NCBI GenBank assembly: GCA_963812135.1 | Contig: CAWETU010000001.1 | Coordinates: 2,176,001 to 2,240,000 of the forward strand | DNA: 64,000 nt | Direction: 5' to 3' | Source of the DNA: Vulcanimicrobiota bacterium | GTDB taxonomy: Bacteria > Vulcanimicrobiota > Vulcanimicrobiia > Eremiobacterales > Eremiobacteraceae | In this document: positions 10,257 through 20,606 of the stretch, one piece after another | Layout: the number at the start of each line of letters is the position of its first letter | How positions within the stretch are numbered: the stretch's first letter is position 1 | Made by a program: the position numbers and the translations under genes | The notes under the pieces: generated by a model | What the model was told of the DNA's origin: nothing | Databases searched by the model: none | What the model saw: only the letters and a program-made list of their open reading frames with translations

Positions 10257-11321
10257 ATGCACGTGCTCGAAAACGCCATCGACCTGCGGCCGTTCGTCTC
10301 GGTGCTCGTGCCGGGCTACAACGAAGAGGCGATCGTCGAAGAGAATCTGCAGACGCTGTGCGACCACATGGCGACGCTCGAAGATCGCTACCGCTGGGAG
10401 ATCGTCTTCGTCAATGACGGCAGCACCGATCTCACGAGCGCGCTCGCGGACCGCTTTGCCCTCACGCACCCGGAGGTGCGCGTGTTCCATCATCCCGTGA
10501 ATTTCGGGCTCGGACAGGCGCTCAAGTTCGGCTTCAGCCACTGCCGCGGCGACTACATCGTCACGCTCGACATCGATCTGAGCTACTCGCCCGATCACAT
10601 CGAGCGCTTGCTCGCGCGTATCCGTTCCGGTCCCGCCAAGATCGTGGTCGCGTCGCCGTACATGGAGGGCGGCCGCATCTCGAACATCCCGTGGCTGCGG
10701 CGCACGCTGTCGATCTGGGCCAATCGATTCCTCGCGTTCGCGTCCGAGAGCAAACTCTCGACGCTGACGGGCCTCACGCGGGTCTACGACGCGCGCTTCG
10801 TCCGTTCGCTCAACATCCGCGCGCTCGGCAGCGAGCTCAATTCAAAGATCCTGCATCAAGCCGCGGTGCTCCAGGCCAAGGTCGAGCAGATCCCCGGCCA
10901 CCTCGACTGGAGCCTGCAGGCAGGCGCGGGCGCGCCCCGCACGTCGAGCATGAAGATCGCGCGCCAGACGCGCTCGGTGATCTTGTCGGGCTTCCTCTTC
11001 CGTCCGGTGATGTTCTTCATCGCGCCGGGCCTGCTGTTGTTGCTGTTCTCGGCGTATGCCGGCGCATGGGCGGTCATCCACAGCTTCACGCAAGCGCAGC
11101 TGCTGGCCGCCGCCGGCGATCGCGATCTCACCGATGCGGTCGCCGCCGCGTTCCGCCAAGCGCCGCACGTCTTCTTCCTGGGCGGCATCGCGCTCATGCT
11201 CGCCATCCAGTTCCTCAGTCTCGGCATCCTCGCGATGCAGAACAAAAGCTATTTCGACGAGATGTTCTTCTTGACGTCCGCGGTGTATCGCGAGCTTCGC
11301 GACCGCGAAAGGGGTATGTAG
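10257..11321 (+). CDS. GT2 polyprenol-phosphate glycosyltransferase (ArnC/GtrB/DPM synthase-like)
   Basis: VPGYNEE, VNDGSTD, NFGLG, LDID motifs and two C-terminal TM helices. Confidence 0.88.
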   Translation: MHVLENAIDLRPFVSVLVPGYNEEAIVEENLQTLCDHMATLEDRYRWEIVFVNDGSTDLTSALADRFALTHPEVRVFHHPVNFGLGQALKFGFSHCRGDYIVTLDIDLSYSPDHIERLLARIRSGPAKIVVASPYMEGGRISNIPWLRRTLSIWANRFLAFASESKLSTLTGLTRVYDARFVRSLNIRALGSELNSKILHQAAVLQAKVEQIPGHLDWSLQAGAGAPRTSSMKIARQTRSVILSGFLFRPVMFFIAPGLLLLLFSAYAGAWAVIHSFTQAQLLAAAGDRDLTDAVAAAFRQAPHVFFLGGIALMLAIQFLSLGILAMQNKSYFDEMFFLTSAVYRELRDRERGM

Positions 11322-12551
11322 TTGACCAACGCAGCAGTCGCGCCAGCCACCATCACGCTGCCGTCCGATCAGGACGCCTCGGGCAGAAACCTCGGCGGCC
11401 AAGAGATCGCGATGGTCTCGCAGGCGCTCGTCAGCGGCACGCTCACGAGCACCAAGGGGACGTTCGTCTCCGACTTCCAGAAACGGTTCGCGCGCCTGCT
11501 GGGAGCGGCGCACGGCTATGCCTGCGCGTCCGGCACGGCGGCGGTGCACACCGCGATCGCAGCCCTCGATCCGGAGCCGGGCGACGAGATCGTCACCTCG
11601 CCGATCACCGACATGGGGGCGCTCGCGCCGATCCTGTATCAGGCGGCGATCCCGACGTTCGCGGACGTCGATCCACACACGTACAACATCACGGCCGCGA
11701 GCATCGAGCGCGTGCTCAGCCCGAAGACCAAGGCTATCATCGTCACGCATCTGTTCGGCAACCCGTGCGAGATGGGCCCGATCATGGCGCTCGCGCGCTC
11801 GCGCGGCATTCCCGTGATCGAGGACTGCGCGCAGGCGTTCCTCGCCACGTACGACGGCGCATACGTCGGCACGCTCGGCGCGATCGGTTGTTTCAGCCTG
11901 CAACAAGGCAAGCACATCACCTGCGGCGAGGGCGGCATCGTCGTCACCGGCGATCCGGCGCTGGCTCGCCGGATGTATCTGTTCATCAACAAGGCCTGGG
12001 GATACGGCGACCCCGACCCCGATCATTACTTCCTCGCGCTCAACTACCGCATGTCGGAGCTGCAGGGCGCCGTCGCGCTGGCGCAGCTTGAAAAGCTCGA
12101 GACCGTGGTGCAGCGCCGCGAGGATCTCGCGGATCAGCTCAACCGCATGCTGTCCGATGTGCCAGGCGTCGAAACGCCGGTCGTCACCGACAACGCCGTG
12201 CACACGTATTGGAAATACTGCGTGCGCGTCGACGGGGATACGATACGCGACGGCGCGGTCGGTCTTGCGCGCGCGCTGCGCGAGAGCGGCATCTTCACGG
12301 TGCCGCGCTACATCCAAAAACCGGCGTTCATGTGCGAGGTGTTCGCCAAGCGGCGCACGTTCGGCAACAGCGGTTTCCCGTTCACGCTCGCGCGGCCCGA
12401 GGCGCTGGACTATTCGCGCGATCGTTTCCCCGGCACGTTCGACGCGCTCGAGCACGTGCTGGTCATCCCGTGGAACGACCGCTTCACCGATGCGCATGTC
12501 GCGCACATCGGCGCGTCGATCCGCGATGCCGTCGAGCGGCTGCGGGTCTGA
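11322..12551 (+). CDS. DegT/DnrJ/EryC1/StrS PLP sugar aminotransferase
   Basis: SGTAA, EDCAQA, FSLQQGKHITCGEGG, NYRMSE. Confidence 0.93.
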   Translation: MTNAAVAPATITLPSDQDASGRNLGGQEIAMVSQALVSGTLTSTKGTFVSDFQKRFARLLGAAHGYACASGTAAVHTAIAALDPEPGDEIVTSPITDMGALAPILYQAAIPTFADVDPHTYNITAASIERVLSPKTKAIIVTHLFGNPCEMGPIMALARSRGIPVIEDCAQAFLATYDGAYVGTLGAIGCFSLQQGKHITCGEGGIVVTGDPALARRMYLFINKAWGYGDPDPDHYFLALNYRMSELQGAVALAQLEKLETVVQRREDLADQLNRMLSDVPGVETPVVTDNAVHTYWKYCVRVDGDTIRDGAVGLARALRESGIFTVPRYIQKPAFMCEVFAKRRTFGNSGFPFTLARPEALDYSRDRFPGTFDALEHVLVIPWNDRFTDAHVAHIGASIRDAVERLRV

Positions 12552-12559
12552 GGTCGGAT

Positions 12560-13591
12560 ATGGAACGCAAGTTACGATTCGGATTGATCGGCGCCGGGCG
12601 CATCGGCAACGCGTACGCGCAGGCGTTTGAAGCCGCCGAGGCTTGTTCGCTCGCCGCCGTCGCCGATGTCCGGCCGGAGGCCGCGGCGGCGCTCGCCGAT
12701 CATGCGGGATGCCTCCGGTTCGGGCGCTATCAGGACATGGCGCGCGAAGCCAAGCTGGACGCGGTGCTCATCTGCACGCCGCCCATCACACATCATGAGA
12801 TCGCGCTGTATTTCATGGACCACGGCATCCACGTGCTGTGCGAGAAGCCGTTCGCGATCGACTTGGACCACGCCAAGATGATGCTTGCGGCGTCCAAACG
12901 CAATTGCGTCGCGATCACGATGGCGTCGAAGTTCCGCTATGTCGACGACGTCGTGCGCGCCAAGAGCATCGTCACGTCGGGCATCCTCGGCGAGCTCGTG
13001 CTCTTCGAAAACGCCTTCACGTCGCGCGTGGACATGACGACGCAATGGAACTCGGATCCGGCCATCAGCGGCGGCGGCGTGCTCATCGACAACGGCACGC
13101 ACTCGGTCGACATCATGCGCTATTTCCTCGGATCGCTCGCCGACGTCCAGGTCGTCGAAGGCAAGCGCACGCAGGGGCTGCAGGTGGAAGACACCGTGCG
13201 CATCTTCGTGCACAGCCAAAGCGGCGTGATGGGCAGCATCGATCTGTCGTGGAGCATCAACAAAGAGCAGGAAGCATATATCAGCATCTACGGCTCGCAC
13301 GGCACGATCCAGGTCGGCTGGAAAGAATCGAAGTACCGCCAATCGTCGAGCCGGGATTGGGTCGTGTTCGGCAAGGGCTACGACAAGGTCCAGGCGCTGC
13401 GCGCGCAGGTCGACAACTTCGCGCGCGGGATCGTCGGCGACGAGCATTTCCTCATCACGGCTGAAGACGCGCTCGCGTCGGTCGAAGTCGTGCAGGCGGC
13501 GTACGCCTCGCTGCGTCAAGACCACTGGACCGCCGTGGCCGCCAGTGCGCCGGTCGCGCAGCGCGAATTGGTCGGAGCGGGCCAGCGGTGA
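12560..13591 (+). CDS. Gfo/Idh/MocA NAD-dependent oxidoreductase
   Basis: GLIGAGRIG, CEKP, GGGVLIDNGTH. Confidence 0.92.
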   Translation: MERKLRFGLIGAGRIGNAYAQAFEAAEACSLAAVADVRPEAAAALADHAGCLRFGRYQDMAREAKLDAVLICTPPITHHEIALYFMDHGIHVLCEKPFAIDLDHAKMMLAASKRNCVAITMASKFRYVDDVVRAKSIVTSGILGELVLFENAFTSRVDMTTQWNSDPAISGGGVLIDNGTHSVDIMRYFLGSLADVQVVEGKRTQGLQVEDTVRIFVHSQSGVMGSIDLSWSINKEQEAYISIYGSHGTIQVGWKESKYRQSSSRDWVVFGKGYDKVQALRAQVDNFARGIVGDEHFLITAEDALASVEVVQAAYASLRQDHWTAVAASAPVAQRELVGAGQR

Positions 13592-14226
13592 GCGTTTTCG
13601 TCCACCCGACCGCGCTGATCGAAGCGGGCGTCTCGCTCGGCGACGGCACCGCGATCTGGGACAACGTGCACATCCGTCATTCGACATCGATCGGGCAGCG
13701 CTGCATCATCGGCGAGAAGACGCATATCGCCTACGCCGTCCAGATCGGCGACTTCGTGAAGATCAATGCGATGGTCTACATCTGTACCGCGGTGACAATC
13801 GAAAGTGGTGTGATGATCGCCGCGGGCACGATCTTCACGAACGATCGGTTTCCGCGCGCGACGACGCCCGATCTGAGCGAGCCACGCTCGTCTGCCCCCG
13901 ACGAACACACCTTGCAAACGCTGGTGCGCGAGGGCGCGACGATCGGCGCCGGCTGCGTCATCGGCTGCGACCTGACGATCGGCCGCTTCGCGATGGTAGG
14001 CATGGGTTCGGTCGTCACCCGCTGCGTGCCGGACTTTCATCTGGTCGTCGGCAATCCGGCGCGCTCGATCGGCGCGGTGTGCCGGTGCGGCGCGGTCGTG
14101 CGGCGTTTCAACGACGAACCGAGCGTCGGCGTGACATTTGCCGCGGCGTGCCCGGCCTGCGCACGCGAGTTTCTTTTCGACGATGCTCGCGTGAGCGAGC
14201 GCGAGCCGGCGCTCGCGCAGGCATGA
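13588..14226 (+). CDS. Hexapeptide-repeat N-acyltransferase (WbpD-like) with C-terminal Cys cluster
   Basis: VHPTALIE, FTND.FPRA, GATIGAG, VVGNPAR, CRCG...CPAC. Confidence 0.9.
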   Translation: MSVFVHPTALIEAGVSLGDGTAIWDNVHIRHSTSIGQRCIIGEKTHIAYAVQIGDFVKINAMVYICTAVTIESGVMIAAGTIFTNDRFPRATTPDLSEPRSSAPDEHTLQTLVREGATIGAGCVIGCDLTIGRFAMVGMGSVVTRCVPDFHLVVGNPARSIGAVCRCGAVVRRFNDEPSVGVTFAAACPACAREFLFDDARVSEREPALAQA

Positions 14227-15608
14227 CGATGAGCCATTCGCGGCGCCAGACATGGGCGATCATCGGCGGCGGGTTCTTGGGGATGACCATCGCTTTGCGG
14301 CTGGCGCGCGCGGGCCGTGCGGTGACGCTCTACGAAAGCGCGCCGCAGCTCGGAGGACTTGCCAGCGCATGGAATCTCGGCGGCGTCGTGTGGGACCGCC
14401 ATTACCATGTCACGCTGCAGTCGGACAGCAATTTGATGGGGCTGCTGAGCGAATTACATCTCGAAGATGAGCTCGAGTGGACGCAGACGCGCACCGGCTT
14501 CTTCGTCGACGGCAAGCTGCATTCGATGTCCAACGTCGCCGAGTTCTTGGGCTTCCCGCCGATCGGCCTCATCGACAAAGCGCGCCTAGGCGCCACTATC
14601 TTGCACGCGTCGCGCATCTCGGACTGGCGGCCGCTCGAGTCGATCTCGGCCATCGATTGGCTCACCAAGTGGTCCGGCGAACGTTGCGTCGAGAAGTTGT
14701 GGCGGCCGCTGCTGCGCGCCAAGCTGGGCGATGATTACACGAAGGCTTCGGCGGCGTTCATCTGGGCGATCATCGCGCGCATGTACGCGGCACGTCGAAC
14801 CGGCATGAAGACCGAGCGCTTCGGCTACGTGTCGGGCGGGTATGCGCGCGTCCTCGAACGCTTCGCCGAGGTGCTCGCGCGCGCGGGCGTGCAAGTGCGC
14901 ACCGGCGTCCGGATCAGCGCGGTCGAGCGCGACCCGCACGGCGGGGTCTCACTTGAGTTCGCCGACGGCATCTCGACCAGCTTTGAGAACGCCGTCGTGA
15001 CGCTGGCGTCGCCGCTGGCCGCTCGACTCGTCCGAGGACTGACCGAGCAAGAGTCAGCGGCGATGTCTCAAGTCGCGTATCAAGGCATCGTGTGCGCGTC
15101 GTTGCTCATGCGCAAGCCGCTCGCCGGCTACTACGTCACGAACATCACCGACGAGCGCGTGCCATTCACCGCGGTCATCGAGATGTCGGCGCTGGTCGAC
15201 CGGCGCCATTTCAACGGCAACGCGCTTGTGTATCTGCCGAAATATGTCTCTCCGGAGGATCCGCTGTTCGAGCGCAGCGACGATCAGCTGCTCGAGCAGT
15301 CCCTGCGCGGGCTGACCCGCATGTACCCGAACTTCGATCCGCACGACGTGCTGTGCTTCAAGGTGTCGCGCGTGCGTTACGTGCTGCCGATTTCGACACT
15401 ACACTATTCGGAGCGTCTGCCGCCTATGCAGACCTCCATACCGGGTTTGTGGACCATCGGGTCCGCACACATCGTCAACGGCACGCTGAACATCAACGAA
15501 ACGTTGGGGTTGGCCGCATCGGCCACAGCGAGGCTGTTACGCGAGGGGAGCGCGGCGCCGGCCGAGGCCAGCGCCGCACCCGAAGTCCCGTTGGCCGCCG
15601 TATCGTGA
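14223..15608 (+). CDS. FAD-dependent oxidoreductase (amine oxidase/protoporphyrinogen oxidase fold)
   Basis: IIGGGFLG dinucleotide motif, LGGLA, DRHYHV; ATGA coupling to upstream gene. Confidence 0.85.
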   Translation: MTMSHSRRQTWAIIGGGFLGMTIALRLARAGRAVTLYESAPQLGGLASAWNLGGVVWDRHYHVTLQSDSNLMGLLSELHLEDELEWTQTRTGFFVDGKLHSMSNVAEFLGFPPIGLIDKARLGATILHASRISDWRPLESISAIDWLTKWSGERCVEKLWRPLLRAKLGDDYTKASAAFIWAIIARMYAARRTGMKTERFGYVSGGYARVLERFAEVLARAGVQVRTGVRISAVERDPHGGVSLEFADGISTSFENAVVTLASPLAARLVRGLTEQESAAMSQVAYQGIVCASLLMRKPLAGYYVTNITDERVPFTAVIEMSALVDRRHFNGNALVYLPKYVSPEDPLFERSDDQLLEQSLRGLTRMYPNFDPHDVLCFKVSRVRYVLPISTLHYSERLPPMQTSIPGLWTIGSAHIVNGTLNINETLGLAASATARLLREGSAAPAEASAAPEVPLAAVS

Positions 15609-16591
15609 CGGCGGCCTCCAAGCGCCTGGCGAGCGTCTCGCTGGACCTGGACAACCAGTGGTCCTATATGAAGACGCACGGCGATGCCGGGTGGGACCAG
15701 TTCCCTTCGTATCTCGACGTCGTCGTGCCGCGCGTGCTCGAGTTCTTGGCGCAACGCGCGCTCACGATCACCTTCTTCATCGTCGGCCAGGATGCGGCTT
15801 TAGACCGCAACCGCGAGCCAATGGCCGCGTTATCCGCCGCTGGCCACGAGATCGGCAACCACTCGTTCCATCACGAGCCGTGGCTGCATCGTTACACGCG
15901 CGAACAGGTCGACGATGAGATCGCGCGCGCCGAGGAGTGCATCGAAGCCGCCACCGGCCGGCGCCCGATCGGTTTTCGCGGGCCGGGCTTCTCCGTGTCT
16001 CCAGCAGTGCTCGACGTGCTCGTGCAGCGCGGCTACCGTTACGATGCCTCGACGTTCCCGACGTTCATCGGACCGCTGGCACGCGCGTATTACTTCATGA
16101 CGAGCAAGCTCTCTGCGAGCGAACTCGAGAAACGCAAGGCGCTCTTCGGCCACTTCGCGGAGGGCTTTCGTCCGAACCGGCCATACTTGTGGCGCGCAAC
16201 GGGCGGCGAACTGCTCGAGATCCCGGTGACGACGATGCCGCTGTTCCGCGTGCCGATGCACGTGAGTTACCTCCTTTACATCGGCGGTGTCTCGCCGGCG
16301 CTGGCGCGCGCGTACTTCCGCTTCGGGCTGCTGATGTGCCGGCTCTCGGGCACGCAGCCCTCGTTGCTGCTGCATCCGCTCGATTTTCTCGGCTGCGACG
16401 ACACGACGGCGCTCTCGTTCTTCCCGGGCATGCAGCTGCACAGCTCGGTCAAGCTCGAACTCGTCTCGATGGCATTACAGGAGCTCGCGCTTCATTATGA
16501 GCTGACGACGATGGCGCGGCACGCGGCCGCGACGATCGCCGGACCTTTGCCCGTGACGCCGGCGACGCGCGCCGGGTTGGCTACCGGATGA
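15605..16591 (+). CDS. Polysaccharide deacetylase (CE4/NodB) family protein
   Basis: SLDLD, TFFIVG, HEIGNHSFHH, GFRGPGF, LLHPLDF. Confidence 0.88.
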   Translation: MTAASKRLASVSLDLDNQWSYMKTHGDAGWDQFPSYLDVVVPRVLEFLAQRALTITFFIVGQDAALDRNREPMAALSAAGHEIGNHSFHHEPWLHRYTREQVDDEIARAEECIEAATGRRPIGFRGPGFSVSPAVLDVLVQRGYRYDASTFPTFIGPLARAYYFMTSKLSASELEKRKALFGHFAEGFRPNRPYLWRATGGELLEIPVTTMPLFRVPMHVSYLLYIGGVSPALARAYFRFGLLMCRLSGTQPSLLLHPLDFLGCDDTTALSFFPGMQLHSSVKLELVSMALQELALHYELTTMARHAAATIAGPLPVTPATRAGLATG

Positions 16592-19500
16592 AGCGGCTGT
16601 CCCCGTTGGCAACAGCGATCGCCATCGCGCTCGCGGTCGCGCTCGCGATCGGCCTTGGAGCCGGCTTTGCCGCACGCCACGGCGGCGCGTCTGCAATGCT
16701 GTCGCGCACGCATTCCGGCGGCGATTTCGTCGCGTTCTATTGCGCCGGCAAGATCGCGACGTCGGGAGCCGATCCGTATCGCATCGAGCCGCTGCGCACC
16801 TGCGAACACGGGTTGGATTCGCTCGGCGCCGCCGCGAGTGCGAGCGACGTGACGCCCGCGCCATTGCCCGGCTATTCGCTCGCGCTGTTCGGGCTGTTGG
16901 CACGTCTGCCGTACTCGATCGCGCTCGGCGTGTGGTACCTCGTGCTGCTCGCGTCGCTCTGCGTGAGCGCCTGGACGCTAACGCGGATCACTCGGCTGCC
17001 GTGGTACGTCGTGTTGGCTGCGCTCGCCGTGCCGTTCGCCTACGTCAATTTCGTGTTCGCGCAGCTCCCGCCGCTTGCGGTCGCCGCGCTGTGCGTGGCC
17101 GCCTATTGCGTGCGCGAACGTCGCTTCGCGCTTGCCGGCGTCGCCGCGGCCTGTTCGATGGTCGAACCCCATATCGGGCTGCCTGCGTGCGCGGCGATGT
17201 TGATCTTCTTGCCCGCCTGCCGGCTCGCACTCGCGTCGAGCGGCGGCGTGCTTGCGGTCGCCAGCCTCGCCGTCTTGGGTGTGCAAGGCAACGTCGAATA
17301 CTTCACTCGGGCGCTGCCGCTTCACGCGCTCGCGGAGGCCGGCGCATCCGATCAGCTCAGCTTCACCTGGCTGCTGCACTGGTTCGGGGTCGGAGACCGC
17401 ATCGCGGTCATCGCCGGCTCGGCGTCGTACCTCGTGCTGTCGGTGCTCGGCATCTTCCTCGCGCGCGGCATCGCGCGGGCGTATGGCGCCGACTATTTCA
17501 TCGTGCTGCTGCCGCCGGCTGTGGCGATGCTCGGCGGCGCGTTCGTCCACAACCTGCAGTACGCGGCGGTCATACCTGCCGCGCTCGCGCTTGCCGCTGT
17601 GGTGGATTCAGCCCCGGCGTGGACCGCCGTCGCGATCCTCGCCATGCCCTGGCAAGGCACGTGGCATAGCAAGCTCTACTTCTTGGTCGCCTCGTGTGCG
17701 CTCGGAATCATCGCCTGGTACGCGAGCAATCGCCTCTTGCTCTCGCGCCGCGTCGCGGTCGTCGCCGGGGCCGTCGTCGCGTTCGCGGTTGTGACGTTTG
17801 GCATCGCGAGTCTGCCGTCCGCGACGGTCGTGACGGCAAGCCCGCCCCAGGCGTTCTTCGATTCGCTTGGGAGTGCGCAAGATCTGGCGTCGGCGGTCTG
17901 GGGCGTGCGCATGCGCACTGAGGCCCAATACGCCGAGTCGTCGCTCCAAACGCTTGCGCAAAAACTGCCGCCGTGGACGGGGATCATCCTTTTGATCGGC
18001 GTCGCCGCGTCTGCGCTCGCCGCGCAGCGGCGCGTGGCGCGCGCATCACCTGCCCCCGATCGACCGGCGGCGCGCCTGCCGGCGAGCGTCGGCGTGCTCG
18101 TGGCGCTCGTCGTCGCCAACGTCTGCATCGCTTTGACCTTGAGCGCGCTCTTGAACATGGACACCGACGAGTCGTATACGATGCACACGACGTCGGGCAG
18201 TGCCCATTACGCGGTCACAGAGTCCTTGCGCTTCGAGTTCCAGCCGCCGTTGTATTTCGCCGGCATGTGGGCGTGGCGCCAGATCAACGACTCGGTCTTC
18301 TTCGGACGCCTGTTCTCCGTGCTGTGCATCGCGGTCACGATCGTGCTCGTCTGGGCGCTTTCCAAACGCATCGCGCCGGCCACCAACCCGGCATGGCTCA
18401 CCTCGGCGGTCGCGCTCAACCCGTTCGTCATCTGGTGTGCCGTCGAAATGCGCGTGTACGCGTTGGTGATGCTGCTGTCGACGCTGCTGCTGCTCACGTT
18501 TTACGACGGCTTCATCGCGCCGATGCGCTCGCGCGCCGCACAGGTCGGCTTCGCTGCGACCGCGATCGTGGCGCTGTACACATTTTACTTCATCGGGTTC
18601 TTACTCGTCGGTTTTGGCGCGGCGCTGCTGGCGATGCGCCGCTGGCGCGCGCTGGGGGCGTTCGCAGTAGTTGTGGCGGCCGTTGGGCTGGCGTTCGTGC
18701 CGCTCGCGGCGCTGGTCAGCCGCCAAGCGTCGGCTTCGGTCAGCGATTTCGGCGAGCGTTTTTCGTTCGTCGACGCGCTTGCTATCCTCGCCAAAGTGCT
18801 TGCGCTGGCCGCGATGCCGATCCGTTGGGCCCAGTGGCACGGCCTGTGGTTGATCTTCTTGGTCGCGCTCGCGGTGTTCGCCGTCCACGTCGTCCGCTCG
18901 ATGGCGGCGGCCTGGCCGCCGCGCGCGACGCCCCAGCTGGCAGCAACGGCGTGCGCCGTCGCCGTCGCTTCCATCGCGTTCGCGGCGGCGCTCACCTACA
19001 CGCAGCAGCCGCTCGCCAATCGCTATGTCGCGTTCTTATTCGTGCCGCTCATGGCCGCGGGCTACGCAGCGTTCTCGGCGTTCGACAACTACGTGCGGCG
19101 CGCGCTCGCCGCGGTCGCGCTCGGCGTCGCGCTGCTCGCAGGCGGCGTTTCGCTGCTGTACGAGTACGGCCCGATCGCGAAGACCGGCGACTGGTACAGA
19201 GTCGCATCCTACCTCATGCATCAGGAGCAGCCGGATCAGCCGATCTTGGTCTTTGAGGCCGAAGCCGCCGTGCCGCTGACATACTACTATCGAGGGGCGA
19301 ACCAACTCGTACCCGTTCCCCGGGCCCTCGACATGCAGACCTACGACCTGCACGCCCTCGCGCTGACGAGCGAGCGCGATGTGGCGGCGGCGCTCGCGCG
19401 CGTGCCTGGGCCGCACCACTTCATCTGGGTCGTGACCACCGACTACTGCAGCACGGGCGCGCTCGATTTCCATTGCCCGGTGTTCGAATCGTATCTGGCC

Positions 19501-19596
19501 AAGCATTACGCCGTCGTCCGCCAGCTCAGCTTCTACAAATCGACGTTGCGCCAGTTCGAACGGCGCGAAGACACGTCGATGGATGTGCGACCATGA
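16588..19596 (+). CDS. Fusion of two GT-C membrane glycosyltransferase modules (GT87/DUF2029-like + GT39/ArnT-like)
   Basis: N half: GDFVAFYCAG, PAPLPGY, EPHIGLP; C half: DTDESYT, QPPLYF, RLFSV, EMRVYAL, NRYV, DW periplasmic tail. Confidence 0.72.
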   Translation: MKRLSPLATAIAIALAVALAIGLGAGFAARHGGASAMLSRTHSGGDFVAFYCAGKIATSGADPYRIEPLRTCEHGLDSLGAAASASDVTPAPLPGYSLALFGLLARLPYSIALGVWYLVLLASLCVSAWTLTRITRLPWYVVLAALAVPFAYVNFVFAQLPPLAVAALCVAAYCVRERRFALAGVAAACSMVEPHIGLPACAAMLIFLPACRLALASSGGVLAVASLAVLGVQGNVEYFTRALPLHALAEAGASDQLSFTWLLHWFGVGDRIAVIAGSASYLVLSVLGIFLARGIARAYGADYFIVLLPPAVAMLGGAFVHNLQYAAVIPAALALAAVVDSAPAWTAVAILAMPWQGTWHSKLYFLVASCALGIIAWYASNRLLLSRRVAVVAGAVVAFAVVTFGIASLPSATVVTASPPQAFFDSLGSAQDLASAVWGVRMRTEAQYAESSLQTLAQKLPPWTGIILLIGVAASALAAQRRVARASPAPDRPAARLPASVGVLVALVVANVCIALTLSALLNMDTDESYTMHTTSGSAHYAVTESLRFEFQPPLYFAGMWAWRQINDSVFFGRLFSVLCIAVTIVLVWALSKRIAPATNPAWLTSAVALNPFVIWCAVEMRVYALVMLLSTLLLLTFYDGFIAPMRSRAAQVGFAATAIVALYTFYFIGFLLVGFGAALLAMRRWRALGAFAVVVAAVGLAFVPLAALVSRQASASVSDFGERFSFVDALAILAKVLALAAMPIRWAQWHGLWLIFLVALAVFAVHVVRSMAAAWPPRATPQLAATACAVAVASIAFAAALTYTQQPLANRYVAFLFVPLMAAGYAAFSAFDNYVRRALAAVALGVALLAGGVSLLYEYGPIAKTGDWYRVASYLMHQEQPDQPILVFEAEAAVPLTYYYRGANQLVPVPRALDMQTYDLHALALTSERDVAAALARVPGPHHFIWVVTTDYCSTGALDFHCPVFESYLAKHYAVVRQLSFYKSTLRQFERREDTSMDVRP

Positions 19597-20606
19597 CGCG
19601 CTTCGATGCGATCGTCGTCGACCACGTGTGGAAGTCGTTCCCGACCGCGACGGGTGCGGCCGTGTGGCTGCGCCATCTCGGGCGGCCGCCACGGCGGACG
19701 GTGCTGTATGACGTTTCGCTCACCGTCGCTCCAGGCGAGCTGTTCGCGTTGCTCGGGCCGAACGGCGCGGGCAAGACCTCGCTGCTCAAGCTGCTCGCGA
19801 CCTTGTCCATCCCCGACCGCGGCCGCATTACTGTGGGCGGTGTTGACGCCGCTCGCAATCCGCTTGTCGCGAAGCAGCGCATCGGGCTGTGCACCAGTGA
19901 AGAGCGCAGTTTCTATTTCCGGCTAACGGCGCGGGCCAATCTCGAGTTCTTCGGCGCCCTTGCGGGGCTGCGCGGCCAAGTGTTGCAGCGCCGCATCGAC
20001 GAGGTGGTGGAGCTGGTGGACCTGGGCGCGTCGCTTGACCGGCGTTTCGAAAGCTACTCCTCAGGTATGCGCCAGCGGCTCACGGTCGCGCGCGCGTTGC
20101 TGGCCGATCCCGACGTACTGCTGCTGGACGAGCCGACGCGCGCGGTCGATCCGATCCACGCCGAAGCCATCCGCGAGCTCATCCGCGTCGAATTGGTCGG
20201 ACGCCAACGCAAGACGGTCGTCCTCGCCACGAACCTGCTTGAGGAAGCGTGGCGGATGTGCGATCGCATCGCCGTGATCAACGAGGGGCGCATCGTCGCG
20301 CTCGGGCCGCCGCGCTCGCTCGATGGACAACTCAACGCGGTGCGCAGGTTCGACGTCACGCTCGACCGCGTCGATGAAGACCTGCTCGCGCGGACGAGAT
20401 CCATCGCAGGCTTCGCCGGCCTCGATATCGCCAGCTCGGCCGCCGGGGTCACGATGACCATCCGGCTCGACCCATCGGACTCGGCGCTCGGGGATCTCAT
20501 GCGCGCGGTCACGTCCAACGGAGCGGTGCTGCGCGATTTCCGGCCCGTCGAAGTGCATCCGGTCGAGATCTTCAAGAGCGTCGTGCAGGTGCGTGGCGAT
20601 GCTTGA
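19593..20606 (+). CDS. ABC transporter ATP-binding protein (ABC-2 exporter)
   Basis: GPNGAGKT, YSSGMRQ, LLLDEP. Confidence 0.93.
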   Translation: MTRFDAIVVDHVWKSFPTATGAAVWLRHLGRPPRRTVLYDVSLTVAPGELFALLGPNGAGKTSLLKLLATLSIPDRGRITVGGVDAARNPLVAKQRIGLCTSEERSFYFRLTARANLEFFGALAGLRGQVLQRRIDEVVELVDLGASLDRRFESYSSGMRQRLTVARALLADPDVLLLDEPTRAVDPIHAEAIRELIRVELVGRQRKTVVLATNLLEEAWRMCDRIAVINEGRIVALGPPRSLDGQLNAVRRFDVTLDRVDEDLLARTRSIAGFAGLDIASSAAGVTMTIRLDPSDSALGDLMRAVTSNGAVLRDFRPVEVHPVEIFKSVVQVRGDA

